A stretch of DNA of 18,952 nucleotides from Adineta ricciae. Lineage: Eukaryota. Location of the stretch: assembly GCA_905250025.1 (NCBI GenBank), contig CAJNOJ010000333.1, positions 27,220 to 46,171 on the forward strand, given 5' to 3'. Position numbers and translations under genes: made by a program. Below, piece by piece: positions 1-10,160 of the stretch; positions within the stretch are counted from its first letter, which is position 1; the number at the start of each line of letters is the position of its first letter. The notes below the pieces were generated by a model that worked only from the letters and a program-made list of their open reading frames with translations, made no database searches and was not told where the DNA came from.

Positions 1-3000
1 GTATAACACGAATCCGTGAAATATTACATAATCAATTAGGATCAAAATTATTATTACGTGTAAAGAAATAAGATTTTAAAACAAAAAGAAGGGAAAAAAA
101 AATGAATTTCTAAAATTTTTAGTCATTATTTAATCATCGTATTGATACACAAATACTTGATGAAAATGTATGTCAATTAATTGAATCAATTTGGTTAGAA
201 TCAATTGGTGATTTGAATAAAATTTTAAGTATAAAACCTGAATTATTTAATCTTAAAACGGTATTTACAAAAATATTTCTATAAATTTATGATTTAAAAT
301 TATTAAATAGATTATTGAAGCTGAAGCGGCATTACTTGAACTCAAATTAACTAATAATCCTGATGTTGCAGATCGTTTTTATTCATTAATACCACATCGA
401 TCACAATATCATATTGATCTTATTAAAAATCGTCGAATATTAATTGAAAAACTCGACTTGTGTCAAGTAAAATGATTTTTTTGAAAAATTTCTTTTCTTT
501 TTTTTATTTCTCTTCTCTTATTGAGATGCTTCGAGATATGTTAACAGTTAATGAACTAACTAATTGGAATGTAAAAGCATCAATTGAAGCAAAATATCGA
601 TCATTAAAATGTCATATTGAAACAATGTCAAATTCAACATCTGAATTTCAGAATATTTTTAATTTTATTCAATCATCTACAAATAGGTGAACAAATTCTA
701 CATAAACAATTTTATGATTATTTATTATTATTATAGGAATGAACAAATTATTATTCATAATATATTCAATGTTGTTAAACAAACAGATACTCTCAATTTT
801 TCTACAACATTATCCAATCAACAACAACTTTTTCATGGATCGAAATATTCAAATTTTCTTGGAATTCTTTCACGGTAAAGTATTTATTTAATTTTTAGAA
901 AAGATTTTTATACAACAAATTATATATATTTAGAGGTTTAGCAATGCCAAAAATGGTAATTGAAGAATTCGGTATTGATCGTACTGATATTGGTTGTCTT
1001 GGACATGGTATTTACTTTTCTAATTCTGCTTCAACATCTTTAAAATATACAACAGAAAGTACAATACGATCAGGTCGTCGTTTATTATGTATTTGTCAAG
1101 TAGCACTTGGTGAATCAGCTGATTATTATTCATTTTCACCAACACTTATCAAACCTCCTCATGGTTTTCATAGTACACATGGAATTAAACAAACTGAAGA
1201 TAATCATTCAATATTTAATGTAAGTTTCAATTAAACAATAAAAATTCAATTTAATAAGATTTTCTAAATATAATGATATAATTATATAGGATGATGAATA
1301 TGTTATTTATCAACTTGATCAACAACGTTTACTTTATATTGTAGAAGTTTCATGGATATTAAAAAATGAATTGAATATTGAATTAGAACGATTATCAATT
1401 ATTCATGATAAAGAAAATTTATTTAAAAAAAATGAAATTCCTACAATATTAATTGATGATGATAAAATCATTGAAATAGCTGAACAAGATTATGGTTTAA
1501 TATGTCCATCAACAGGAAAACTTATTCCACTTAAATCATTTCATATTCGTGCTCAAATTATCGATACTACAGTTGAAGTAATTTTATCGATTTTTCTATT
1601 CAATTAATTTATCATATTTATATTTTATTTTAAAAAAAAACAAAGGTTGTTCTTTATCAAGTTTATCAAAATACAAGTTCAATTCCAATTGAAGCTAAAT
1701 ATGTATTTCCTCTTGATGAAAATTCAATTGTTTGTGGTTTTGAAGCACATATTAATAATCAAATTATCAAAGGTATTGTTAAAGAAAAAGAACAAGCTAA
1801 ACAAGAATATAAACAAGCAATTGAAAAAGGTTATGGTGCTTATTTAATGCATCAAGAAGAAGCACAAGTATTTAGTGTTGCTGTTGGAAATTTACCAGCT
1901 CATAATGAAGTTATTATCAAAATAACTTATGTTGCAGAATTAGAAATTGAAAATAATGATATTATTTTTCGTTTTCCAGCTAAAATGGCTTTATGGCAAT
2001 CGAAAAAAGCGATTGAAAGCAAAGATCAATCAATTTTACAATCAATTAGTATTATCGATGAAAAAATTCAATTTAGTTTGAAAGTATCAATTCGAATGCC
2101 ATATAAAATATTAAAATTATTTTCACCAACACATCGTCTTCGTCGAAAATTAACTGATTGTATTGCTATGATTGAACTTGTTGATAAAATTTTATTTGAT
2201 CAAGATTTTATTCTTTCAATAACACTTAATAATCCTAATTTACCTCGAATATCAAATGAAATATCAAATAATGAGGATTCTCAAGTATCTATGCTTACTT
2301 TTTATCCACAATTTCAAACATTAATCAATTCAAACGAACAAATTGAAATTATTTTCATTGTTGATGTATCAAATTCAATGGATAACAGTCAGATACAACA
2401 AGCTAAACAATTAATTCATTTGTTTCTTATGAATTTGAAAGTTGATGATGAAAAAACATATTTTAATATCATTTTTTTTGGATCAGGTAAGAAAATACAA
2501 TTCTATAATGTTATTTTATTATCGAATAATTATCAATATTCATTTAGATAATGATGAATGTTTTCCTATATCAATGTTAACAACGAAAGAAAATCTGGAT
2601 AAAGCCAAATATTTTGTTCTAGTAACGATAATTTATCATTTTAATTGAATTTTTTATGTATTGAAATTTTAGCATTCACCTGTTTATCGTGGTAGTACAA
2701 ATCTATTTGCTGTTTTTCATCGTTATTCATTATTACCATCAACATTATCATCAAATTTTGGTCGTCAATTTATTTTATTATCTGATGGACATATTCATGA
2801 TCTTAATTCAATTCTTATTTTATTTAAACATCAATCAACTATGCAACATGATCGTTTATTTACATGTTCAATTGGTAATATTGCAAATAAACATAATTTA
2901 AAACAATTAACAAATGAAGCAAATGGAGGTGGTTTATTAACAATATTTGATTCAAATTATCGATCAAAATGGAAAATAAAAGTATTAAATATTCTTGATA

Positions 3001-3830
3001 AGATACAACAACCATGTATTACAAATATATCAATTGATTGGAATGGTTCTTTGAATAAAGAACAAAAGTTTCATATACAAGCACCAAAAATGATTCGTTC
3101 TTTATTTAATGGAATGCGACTTACTGTTTATCGATTCATAGAAAATTGTCATAAGGCAACATTAACAGCTATTATAAATGGACAAGAATTTGTTACAACT
3201 GTATTTAATAGTCCAATAACAAATACCAAAGGAAATATTTTACATTGTTTAACAACACGAGCGATCATTAATGATTATGACAATGGTCTATGGAATGTAG
3301 ATGAAAGTGAAAATGAATTGATTAAAATTCAATATAAACGAGATCTTATTGATCTTAGTATTAAACATTGTGTTATTAGTCCATATACAAGTTTTGTTGC
3401 CATCGAAGAACGTAATATTGAAATCAATCAAAATCATTTATCTTCTATTAGAAATGTTCGTTTACTTGATATTATGTTTGAACGAGATAATGATTTATTA
3501 CCATATATGAGTTGGGATGGTGATATATCAAATTTAACTTTAATCAAACAAAAATTAATCGATGCACGTATTTTACTTCAATGTGCATCGTTTCAGAGCA
3601 AAAAGGAAACAATTGTTGATATTGAAAAACTTTGTCAAAAAATTTCCTATCGAACAGGTGGAGATGAAAAATTCAATACAATGATGACTATCATACGTAC
3701 ATATCGTTATTCATTGAGTGAATATGATCAAGCAGATGAAATTGAAGAAAAAATGCGACATGGTATGTCATTCGATTTATTAATAATATTTATTTATTTA
3801 ATCGAAAAAATGAATAGATATAATCATTGA
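1..3830 (+). CDS. PARP4 / vault poly(ADP-ribose) polymerase-like protein (PARP regulatory + catalytic + VIT + vWA domains). Multi-exon; 5' end outside the window.
   Basis: Hand-spliced model: join(<1..59,123..260,311..466,526..686,737..874,934..1219,1290..1577,1646..2486,2548..2621,2673..3830). All introns are 50-70 bp GT-AG, and phases are consistent with the ORF-track frames. Peptides read from the sequence: regulatory helical domain '...RFYSLIPH...'; catalytic domain 'QQLFHGSKYSNFLGILSRGLAMPK...GIYFSNSASTSLKYT...DDEYVIYQLDQQRLLYIVEV' (the H/Y/E catalytic triad positions are present); VIT domain 'LIPLKSFHIRAQIIDTTVE|VVLYQVYQNTSSIPIEAKYVFPLDENSIVCGFEAHINNQIIKGIVKEKEQAKQEYKQAIEKGYGAYL...VGNLPAHNEVIIKITYV'; vWA domain with MIDAS 'IIFIVDVSNSMDNS', 'GSTNLFAV' and 'FILLSDGHI'. 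Alternative 3' end: a canonical ATG|GTATGT donor at 3769/3770 could splice to 3849..3917 instead of reading through to the stop at 3828..3830. Confidence 0.85.
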
Positions 3831-4082
3831 AATGATTAATGCAACAGCAGAAGAACGACAAATATTGGAAGAACAATGTTTCGCGAATAATTTTATAATC
3901 TCAAACGATCAATTGTAAATCAAAGACAAATCTTTTTCAAAAAAACAAATCAGAATTCGTTTATCTTGTAGTAAATCATTGGCTGAACATAATTCCACAG
4001 ACTTTTCAATTGCAAATAATACTAAAATAAGTGTACGTGAATGAAACTATAAGACGAATTCTTCTATATATAAATACTCTAG

Positions 4083-4593
4083 GCTGATCAATTGACTGAA
4101 GAACAAATAGCTGAATTTAAAGAAGCATTTTTTCTATTTGATAAACATGGTGATGGTACAATTACAACAAAACAATTAGGTACTGTAATGCGTAGTCTTG
4201 GTCATAATCCAACTGAAATTGAATTACAAAATATGATTGATGAAGTTGCTGCTGATGGTAAGATTTTAATCAATCAAATTTCATTTGATTCATTGTTTTT
4301 TTTTGTATTGTTAGGTAATGGTACAATTGATTTTCCTGAATTTTTAACAATGATGGTACGGAAAATGAAAGATACTGATTCAGAAGAAGAAATTCGCGAA
4401 GCATTCAATGTTTTTGATAAGAATGGTAATGGAATTATATCAATTGACGAATTTCGGTAATGAAAGAAAGATAAACATGCAAATTTATTTATTCTGTTTC
4501 TTCTTTTTTAAAGTCATGTTATGACAAATTTGGGTGAAAAACTTACCGATGAAGAACTTGATGAAATAGTTCGTGAAGCAGATGTTAATGGAG
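4083..4593 (+). CDS. Calmodulin-like EF-hand domain (exons 2-4 of the CaM-Hsp70SBD gene). Classic metazoan CaM gene structure, with the Met codon on a separate upstream exon.
   Basis: Exons 4083..4257, 4315..4456 and 4514..4593, with 57-bp introns (GTAAGA..TTAG, GTAATG..AAAG). Translation: [58 protein letters not shown]|[48 protein letters not shown]|[27 protein letters not shown]. Long stretches are identical to animal calmodulin. EF-hand loop positions are substituted: EF1 position 3 D->H, EF2 position 1 D->A, EF3 position 3 D->N, and EF4 is degenerate. Candidate Met-only exon 1: an ATG at 3767..3769 immediately followed by GTATGT. This is uncertain because it lies inside the PARP4-like last exon. 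Confidence 0.88.
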
Positions 4594-6405
4594 GTATACA
4601 TTTTTTTTTGTAACCAAAACCTACTGAAATTAATGTTAATACATGTTATGTTATGATTTGAGGTGTCGATTTGACAGTTTTATTTGGTTCGTCTAATCAT
4701 GCAGCTGATAAATCTGTATCGACTTCTGATAAGTCAAAATCATACGAACGATCTGAGAACATAGAAATATCTCCAAACATCTTATCATTTGATGCGGATA
4801 AAAGAGAAGAAAATCTGCAAGTTTCTGCAAATGAATCGAAAAATTCACTTTCAGCCAGTTCAGTATGTAAATTCTGCATGGAACTTTTTTAAATAAAAAT
4901 ATGATTGACTTTTAGATACAACATTATAAAGATGATATAATAACATTAACATGTAAAAATGTTGAATCAAAATTCAATATTTGTGATCTATTACTTCTCG
5001 ATGTTTGTCCACTTAGTCTTGGTATTGAAGATATTTATGGTAATATGCATATACTTATTCATCGTAATACAACGATTCCAGTACAAACACAATTTTATCA
5101 AATATTTACAAATGCTTATGCTTATCAAACATCAGTTAATATTCGTATATTTGAAGGTGAACATAAACTTACAAAATATAATGTATGTAATATTAAAACT
5201 TAAGAAACTTTTTGAATACAATTGTCTCTATTATAGATGTTTTTGGATGAATTTAGTCTTTTTGGTTTAACAAATAATTTTTTTGATCAAATACTTAAAA
5301 TAGGTGTTCGTATGAATATTGATGTCAATGGAATACTTCATGTTGATGTTGAAGAAACTTGTTCAGGAGCAAAAGCATTATTTATTCTTTCTTCTGATAA
5401 ACCAAGTTCGATAATTATTTTATATGTTCATAATGTTATCATTGAATATTATTTATATTTATATAGGAATGAGCAAAGAAGATATTGAAAAACATATTAC
5501 ATTTGTAGAAAGTTGTACAAATTTTATAGTTGATGATGATGATAAATCCAATGATTCATTATATCCGGTTTGTATTAGTTTATTTATATTTAATATAAAG
5601 TTTAACATTTCACTTTGTTTTTATCTTTTCTCAGCTCGATGGTCAAATTACAAATATACCACATAATTTTTCTGACAAATTGGATCCTTCATTTGGTAAT
5701 TTATTTTTATTTGCTATTTTATTGTAATGATATATGAATTTAGATCAAAAAGTTAAAATAACATTTCTTCGAAAAATGAAAGATATTCAATCTACAACAA
5801 GAATCATTGAAGAATTGCTAAAACTTCAATCTGAAGTAGAAATTTCCTTAAATATATAACTTATTTTCTATTTTATTCGAATATATAGGATGGAACATTT
5901 ATATTGAATCCAAATTTAGCTAATGTGTTTCATATTGATCCTAATAATTTAAATCATATTGAAATCTATTTATATAAACAAGGTTTTAATTTACTTGGTA
6001 AGATTCAAATGATTTATTTCATAAATATAAATTTTTATATTATTTTAAGCTTTAAATATTCAAAATGAAATTTATCGTTTAATTGGTACGGGTATCATTC
6101 TTCTTTGGTTTATACTTCAATTACCATCTCTACATCAGTATACAAACCAATTTTTATCTAACATTGACGAAATTAAAGTAAATTGAATTCTTTTTCGATC
6201 TTTTGTTTTTCTTTAAATCTTTAAGATTGATCTTTGCAACTTTTTTCCTGATAATATAATTGAACATATTAACAAAGCGATTGAATTCTATCGACAAACA
6301 AGTCAATGTAATGATATTTATTGTAAACAATTGGGATTGGATGATTCATCATGGAATATGTTTATTCAACGTATATTTATCGGACTTAACAATATTAATC
6401 ACTAA
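4083..6405 (+). CDS. Chimeric gene model: calmodulin-like N-terminus, acidic Ser/Lys-rich linker, Hsp70 substrate-binding domain (beta-sandwich + helical lid), and a C-terminal extension with one hydrophobic helix. No Hsp70 nucleotide-binding domain.
   Basis: Proposed join(4083..4257,4315..4456,4514..4593,4663..4862,4916..5182,5237..5405,5467..5567,5635..5695,5744..5835,5889..5997,6050..6177,6226..6405). The critical junctions stay in frame. CaM exon 4 (phase 1) joins the linker exon 4663..4862 ([67 protein letters not shown]). That exon has a canonical donor TCA|GTATGT at 4863 and a TTTTAG acceptor at 4915, and joins the Hsp70 SBD exon in phase 0. Weak points: the donor GTAGAA at 5836 (alternative stop at 5857..5859) and the choice of acceptor at 4663 versus 4678. 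Confidence 0.55.
4916..5567 (+). CDS. Hsp70-family substrate-binding domain (SBD-beta) exons
   Basis: Exons 4916..5182, 5237..5405 and 5467..5567. Translation: [89 protein letters not shown]|[56 protein letters not shown]|[34 protein letters not shown]. This matches the Hsp70 interdomain linker plus SBD signature (canonical ...[84 protein letters not shown]...ITITNDKGRLSKEEIE). It is divergent but unmistakable. Confidence 0.85.
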
Positions 6406-6847
6406 CCGATCATTATAATTGATTTCATTTCTTTTTAAGTTTGAATTACATTAAGAGTAACTCTCATATTTCTCGTTTTTAGATCAAAGGTTTAAATGTG
6501 AGTGTAAGGTGAAGATTAAGTCATCAATGTGTTATCTAAAAACGTTTTTACTCAGTAAGTTCTGTCCATAAAACCTATTCTATTTGATAGAAAATTAAAT
6601 TCTAAAACGAATGGACTAGATTTTATAGACTAGATAGGAACTCTTTAGTAAAATAGTTTTAATCTAAAATATCGTTTCATCAGATTAACTTCACACTGAT
6701 AACGAAAGCTTATGACGTAGATGTTCGTCACCAACAAGAGAATCTACTCACTTTTTCTGACATTTTGTCAACATACCTTTATAATTTTGATACGAAGAAT
6801 GAGACAAATAGTGGTCTTCATCATTTTTCTTATATCTTTCTTAAAAA

Positions 6848-7618
6848 ATGAAACAAATCTTTATGATATTTTTAATTATCATCTTGAATATAAAGAAGAA
6901 TGAATTGAAATGTCTTCAAGCTTGGAATGGAAGTGGAACAGGTGCATGGTATCGTGTAGATACTATTTGTAATTCTTCATTTATCTCAACAGAACTCATT
7001 AATTGTTTACCAACAATTATTTTACCTTTAAATTTAACGGAATTTACTGATGGATTCTATATTAGTTTAGGAGTTTTCAATCGTTTTAATGGAGTTTCGC
7101 TAGATATTGGTTTAACATTTGATTTGGAGAAAAATCGTTGGTTTTCTTACGGAAATGATCGATTAGGATGGAAATCCGGAAGTATTTCAATTGATTCCAA
7201 TGAAAATCGTTGTATTAATGTTTCTTTAAGTATTTTTAATGATTATATTCATTATATTATTCGAAACTCTAATGGTTCAATTATCTTAGGTGAAGATAAA
7301 TTTTATTCATTTCAAATTGATCCTCTATTAAATTTAACAAAAAATAATTCTGATTCATTTGGATTTTATCGTTTTGATAGTATTGCTCAAAGTAAAGAAA
7401 CATTGAAAAGTGGTTCTCAACTTATTCATGCGCAAATGTTCAATTGGACGGTTAAGTTTTCTTCAGGAGAAATTCTTCCAGCTAATGAATATAATATTGC
7501 TAAAAATATTAGTGGTTATTCACCAGGTATATGTTGTTCTAATCAAGAAATAAAAACAATTGAAATTCATCAACAAATCAAATGGAATCAATCGGATATA
7601 TCAATTCGTTATATTTAA
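6848..7618 (+). CDS. Secreted, heavily N-glycosylated protein of unknown family (single exon, 256 aa)
   Basis: ATG at 6848 and an uninterrupted 771-nt ORF. N-terminus MKQIFMIFLIIILNI is signal-peptide-like. There are about 13 N-x-S/T sequons and several Cys. I recognise no conserved domain. It is convergent with the Kelch gene, with 106 bp between the stops. Confidence 0.5.
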   Translation: MKQIFMIFLIIILNIKKNELKCLQAWNGSGTGAWYRVDTICNSSFISTELINCLPTIILPLNLTEFTDGFYISLGVFNRFNGVSLDIGLTFDLEKNRWFSYGNDRLGWKSGSISIDSNENRCINVSLSIFNDYIHYIIRNSNGSIILGEDKFYSFQIDPLLNLTKNNSDSFGFYRFDSIAQSKETLKSGSQLIHAQMFNWTVKFSSGEILPANEYNIAKNISGYSPGICCSNQEIKTIEIHQQIKWNQSDISIRYI

Positions 7619-7724
7619 TAATCAAAATACTTCAAATTTCTAAATTTTATGAAATGATTTTATTTTCAATATTTTGAATTCAATGAAAAAAATTACAATA
7701 TTTAGATTTTCGAATAAAATGTTG

Positions 7725-9392
7725 TCAATATAATTCATTTGTATTCAGAGAAACATTTCCATTTGATCCACTTGCAACTAATATAGTACCATCAAATAAA
7801 AGTGATGCGGTATGAGAATGTCGTATAGTACTCATATTCGATAGTATTGTCCAATTATTTGTTGATGGATCGTATAATTCAGCACTATTGAGATAAACAT
7901 TATTTTGACTTTGTCCACCTGTTACTAAAATTGTTCCATCCAATAAAACAGTCGCTGTATGAAAGTATCGCGCAGTTGTCATACTCGATGTTGTTATCCA
8001 ACTATTTGTTGAAGGATTATATAATTCAGCACTGTTCAGAGAATTACTGTTACCATAACCACCAATAACTAACACTTTTCCATTTTGTAGAAGAGATGCG
8101 GTATGAGAATATCGTGCAACAGTCATATTCGCCATTGTTGTCCAATTTCCTGTAGATGGATTATATAATTCAACACTATACAGAGGTGCATTATTATTAT
8201 ATCCACCTGCAACTAAGACTGTTCCGTTAAGTAAAACTGATGCAGTATGTCTAAATCTTGCAGAATTCATATTTCCTGTAGTTGACCAAGTGTTTATCGA
8301 TGGATCATACAATTCAGCACTGTTGACATAACCACTATTAGCAGAACCACCTGCAACTAATACTTTTCCGTTTTGTAAGAGTGATGCTGTGTGGTAGTAT
8401 CGTGTGATACTCATATTTCTCGTTGTTGTCCAATTACCTGTAGATAGATTGAATAATTCTACGCTATTCAGAGAAGCAACACTATTTTGTCCACCTGTTA
8501 TTAGTACTATCCCAGTTAATAAGAGTGATGAAGTGTGGTAACATCGAGTAGTTTTCATATTCCCTGTTATTGACCATATATTAGTAGATGGATCATACAG
8601 TTCAGCACTGTTAAGAAAAGCGTTATCATTCTGTCCACCAACAACTAATACTGATCCATTCGATAAAACTGATGCAGTATGTTTATTTCGGGCAATATTC
8701 AAGTTTTTCATCGTTGTCCATCCTAAAGAGTCAAAAAGTAAAAATCAGGTAAATTTACTCAATTAAAACTGTCAAATGTTGAAAGATAAATCGAAGTATT
8801 TCAATTACTAGACGATATTTTTCATTTATAAGAGAAGAGAGTTCATTATGCATTGATAAATATATAACATCAACATAATTACTATTTATCTTTTTCGTGA
8901 GGATTTTTCAAAATAGAAGAACGACAAGTAGTGAAATAATTATTTTAATTTTGCCTTACCTTTCAGTGATGCAGTTGTTGTGGATGTTGATTCTATAATT
9001 TGAGAGAATATCATAAAGAAAAACGAAGATTATTTTGCTTTTTCAAAATCTCGTTAAAATTCATTAAACTTACCATGTGTTGAGATTATTGTTACAATAA
9101 TCGATGTTCGATTAAGAAATACCATTGTAACATTCGAATAAGATTCAATTGTCAATGAATTATTATTTAAATTGAACAATTGGCACGTTTCATTTGAATT
9201 AAAATAATTCATAAGAGATATTGAATTGTTATTTAAATTAATCATTTGACAAATACATTCATCAAATGTTTTATTGAAAAAGATCTGATTTTCAGTACCA
9301 ATATATGTGTAGTCATATACTATTCCAATAGCAATCGTATGAATTGTAGGTATATAGAGTAGAATCAGGTTTAAAAAAATCACGTCTGTCAT
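7725..9392 (-). CDS. Secreted Kelch-repeat protein (7-blade beta-propeller) with an N-terminal signal peptide and a Cys/N-glycan-rich region
   Basis: Model: join(complement 9074..9392, complement 7725..8722). Exon 1 (MTDVIFLNLILLYIPTIHTIAIGIV...IISTHG) ends at a CATG|GTAAGT donor in phase 1. The acceptor TTTAG at 8723 then gives G-WTTMKNLNIARNKHTASVLSNGSVLVVGGQ... Seven tandem ~48-aa Kelch units follow (consensus AELYDPSTN.W..T.NM...R..HTASLL.NG.VLV.GG). An optional in-frame 33-nt micro-exon (complement 8960..8992, ESTSTTTASLK) is flanked by AG and GTAAGG and is also phase 1 to phase 1. Confidence 0.78.
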
Positions 9393-10160
9393 TCTACGAG
9401 TGTTTCTGGAGGAAATTTCAACTGATTTATATAGGAGGTTTTTTTCTATGCAACAGTTTCATCTAATTATTTTCCATTTAGAAGAGAAAAAGAGAGACAA
9501 AAGAAAACAAGGACCTCAGCATCTTTTGTTGAGTTATTGTCAAACAAAAATGCTATGAAACTATATTGTTATACATGAAATACAATTATCTTTATCTACC
9601 ATCATTGATTAACGAATGTTTGTTTATAGAATTTTTCCAAACGCGTTACACAACCTCGATATTCATAATTTTTCATGCAATTGAGTGCATATAATTAATA
9701 CGATGCAAACCTTTCCTTGATGAGAGTGCAAATGTTGGAAAAAAAGAAGAAAAAAATGTTGATATCAATAAGAATATAATTTATCAAAAAGAAGTAATTA
9801 TGATATCTTGTTCGATTTGAGAACTCATTTTGTTCTAAAAGATTTTTGTTAGTACCAAAAGAAAAATATTTGTTTAGTTTTTTTTCTCCATTGTAATAAT
9901 CAAAGTGCATGTTATAAAATGAAAGATAAAGAAGAAAATAATGCATTATCAGAACAATTGATAAGAAAAAAATGAGAAACTTTACTTATTTTACCTCATC
10001 ATTTTGAAAATAGAAGATCAGAAATGAAAACACATTCATCTTCAATAAATAGTTTGAATAAAAACGGAATTCCAGTAAATTAATAAGAGAAATTTTCTCT
10101 TAAACTGAACTTTTTCTCTTTTTTCTTTAAAAGATAAGTGTTATACCATCAGGATCACCT
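9393..10160. promoter_or_regulatory. Divergent (bidirectional) intergenic region between the Kelch gene (minus, ATG at 9392) and the permease gene (plus, ATG at 10161)
   Basis: 768 bp with no convincing ORF; A/T-rich and homopolymer-rich. Function is inferred from gene orientation only. Confidence 0.3.

Noticed and set aside
2689-2901. ORFs 1647..1847, 2689..2901, 4959..5270 and 5424..5666 (first part), as independent genes
   Set aside because: Each is an alternate frame or an unspliced read-through of exons and introns of the PARP4-like or CaM-Hsp70SBD gene models. The conserved-domain frames and splice sites explain these regions better.
4092-4460. ORF-track 'M' starts at 4092 (TTG) and 10304 (TTG), and similar non-ATG starts elsewhere
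   Set aside because: The track appears to use bacterial start codons. In this eukaryotic locus these positions are internal to exons (CaM exon 2, permease exon 2). The real initiators are upstream ATG-containing exons.
9695-9946. Minus-strand 83-aa ORF in the Kelch/permease intergenic region
   Set aside because: AT-rich, homopolymer-driven (FFFFF), with no splice context or domain. Consistent with random ORFs expected at ~30% GC.
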